NCBI GenBank assembly: GCA_013265495.1 | Contig: MU057959.1 | Coordinates: 323,202 to 387,201, forward strand | Origin: Vicugna vicugna | Taxonomy: Eukaryota | DNA length: 64,000 nucleotides | Reading direction: 5' to 3' | Shown: in pieces, positions 61,523 to 64,000 of the stretch | Layout of the letters: every line of letters starts with the position of its first letter | Position numbering within the stretch: position 1 is the first letter of the stretch | Position numbers and translations under genes: made by a program | The notes under the pieces: model-generated | The model's input: only the letters and a program-made list of their open reading frames with translations | What the model was told of the DNA's origin: nothing | Database searches by the model: none

Positions 61523-64000
61523 TCTTATTTTGTGCTTGGCTTTATCCCTTTGATAACAATGTAAGTTTAAAAAACTAAAGCTCTAAACGTTCTTAGAAAC
61601 AATGAACAGTACATATGTATACATTTTTTGAAATGTGCAGTATATTGTGTATATGTATTTACATGCAATATATTGTATTTCTGCAGTCAAATTGTAACAA
61701 TTCTACCTAATGTAACTGAAAAGTGAAAAAAAAAACCCAACCTTACTAGTTAACGAGGAGTGAGTTAGTATGCAAAGGAATATGATGAAAGACGTAAGCC
61801 ATCACAGTGTTTGTTAACAAAGGATCCACGTTTCAGACGTTCGGTTCAGAACCTAGCTTACGCTATGCTGTATAAAACCGTAACAATGAGCTCTACAGAC
61901 CTTGGACGCTTGGGAAAAGGAAATTTGATTCTCAGTGTTTTTTCAGATAAATTTGGATGATTCAGACTAGTTACCTTTCATTTCTTCCTTGGACGCCAAT
62001 GCACCGAGGGGTGAGCTTAATTAACTTAGCTAAACAAATGTATCTCTCAACACAAGGAAAATGACTGCCCTATTTCATCCTAATTTGCGAATTTAAGACG
62101 GTACCTGTATGCTTATCAGCCATTCTCCTTGCCTTTTCCTCCTGGGAATCCACATTTGCAACATGTTACTCACAAGGAAATTTCCATAGATCAAGTGATG
62201 ATTGGGTTTTTTTCGTAGACAAAGAAAAAGGTTTATCCAACAAAAATGGTAATGAAAGCAACCTAAGGCAATGATTAAAGAAATATATTTCAGAGTAAAA
62301 GCCATTCTTTGTGGAGCTTGTTGGCGTTTATCCACCTTGAATTTGAGAAACCAAATAAGCATCAACTGTCATTTCTAGAGCAAAGTGAGTAAGTAGAATT
62401 TGAAAAAATAAGAAAAAAAATCACTACGAAAAATAAGACGGAAAACTGAGGGCTTTTACACCTTGTTCAGAAACAGTACAAAATTACTCCATTTATTTTT
62501 TGAATTCTTAGTTATGAGAAATAACCAAATCTATTTCTCAAGCAACACCAAGCCTGTAGATATTTGTTAGGGAACAAGTTGAAATCCTCATGAATGAAAC
62601 AGAAGAGGATCGAAACGGAAATCTCCCATCAATTCCCGTTCTGTCTGAAGTTGGCAAATATCGCAGGTGGAGAACCCAACTCATTTCTCTTGGAAGGAGA
62701 CGTGAAGATGTTTGAAAGTCACATTTGTCAAGGTCGGTGCATATTAAGGGAGCAAAAATCTGCCGTGTCCTGTGCATCCGTTTACTCAACAGAATTGTGT
62801 TGTTTCCAGTAACTCCTAGCTCCAGTCCAGTAATTCCCATCGCCTCCCCAGTGTTGAGCACATGACATCCCGTGCTGATGGCGAGGTCTTTCCATTTGGA
62901 CGTCAGTGTTCCTTCTTAGCGGTGAAACCTTGGGAAATTGACGTCTAACATATACACACCAGACACATGTTGGCTGGAGACTTCTAGTTGTTTACGTTAA
63001 CAGCTTATTTAAATAAACGTAACCTTTTTCTCGAAGACGTTCGTATCCAAGAACTAGACCAATAACAGTAGCAGCCCTTAAACTAAACTTATCATTATGT
63101 AACATGATCACAGGTGATCATTTAACTTCTTTCTATACCTGAGATTGGCGTGACAGTCTGGTTTCTTGGGGAACATCGAATGATGTGCGGTTTTGTTGGA
63201 TCCCGAGATTAAAACGTAGACTTGCTGTGGGATTGTGTGTTACGTGCTCAGGGTGGCTCTAAGGACAGCTCCCTCTCTCAATCAGTGAGGGTGACGCTGG
63301 CTCTGAATCCTCTCAGAGATCTTTGTTTATTCCAAAGTTTCACTCTTCATCCACCTGGAGAGTTATTTTTGGACTTCTTTATGAAACACCCATGGAACTG
63401 AACACCCACGGTGTGTCGGTGTGTCCCTGCGGTTCCGTCCAGACACCGGGTTCCATGTGCATCCGTTTGTGCTCACAGCTGCTTTCGTAATCTTCACTCA
63501 CCCTCGGCTGTCACTTCAGATTATTTTTAGGGATTTCCATCTGATTTATTATTAAAACACAGGCAGTATCCTCCTGGAGACGGAATACCGCCATGGAAAT
63601 ATATTCAGAAAACTCAAAAGCAGTTGCTCACTCGGTTTTTATTAAGTGTACATCATGTAGGTTGAATAATGCTAAAAAGGACTCTATGCACACAGAGAAT
63701 TTCGTATGATTCAAATTATTAAAATTACGGGAAGGTTCTTTGTCCAATCTGGATATGAATTCAAAATTTGAATCTGTAACAAAATCAGTGTTGTAGGATC
63801 CAAACACTGTTTTCAATTTACACCTGAAATATTCACTCATTTTACCCAGTAAAATGTAAGTCTGGTTACAAAGAAGGGAAGACAAACGAATGCCTATTAG
63901 CAGCTCAAATTTATTGACATTTCGATTGTAATAGTACCAAGTTATGTCAGAGTAATGAAAGGTGTGTAGAAAAATAAAACATTTATTTTACTTTCTGTTT

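Noticed and set aside
62538..62861. Short ORFs downstream of the CpG island as possible coding exons
   Set aside because: No protein similarity that I can recognise and no convincing splice-site pair.

Overview
This is mammalian, non-coding genomic DNA, almost certainly camelid (Camelus/Vicugna/Lama): it carries at least six tRNA-Ala-derived Vic-1-type SINEs and many copies of one young L1 3' end. I find no credible protein-coding exon, RNA gene or CRISPR array. The long ORFs in the track are translations of microsatellites, L1/LTR remnants or N-gaps. The window is a repeat-rich gene-desert or intron-like segment containing MLT1/MLT2/MER21/ERV1-type solo LTRs, old and young L1 fragments (several with visible target-site duplications), L2, MER2 and MER3 remnants, four large (GGAT)n/(ATCC)n arrays, several enhancer-like unique blocks, and a CpG island at ~58160-58700 next to an assembly gap. 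The most interesting observations are two 5'-inverted (twin-primed) L1 insertions, two candidate L1 3' transductions, an LTR split by two L1s, a 164-bp recent tandem duplication, a hairpin inside an AT-rich tract, an unexplained ~15-bp periodic segment, and unusual CpG/GC enrichment of ancient repeats. The last of these suggests a high-recombination (pseudoautosomal or subtelomeric) location. Repeat subfamily names come from my recall of consensus sequences, not from a search, and most boundaries are approximate. I do not see evidence for a new biological system.
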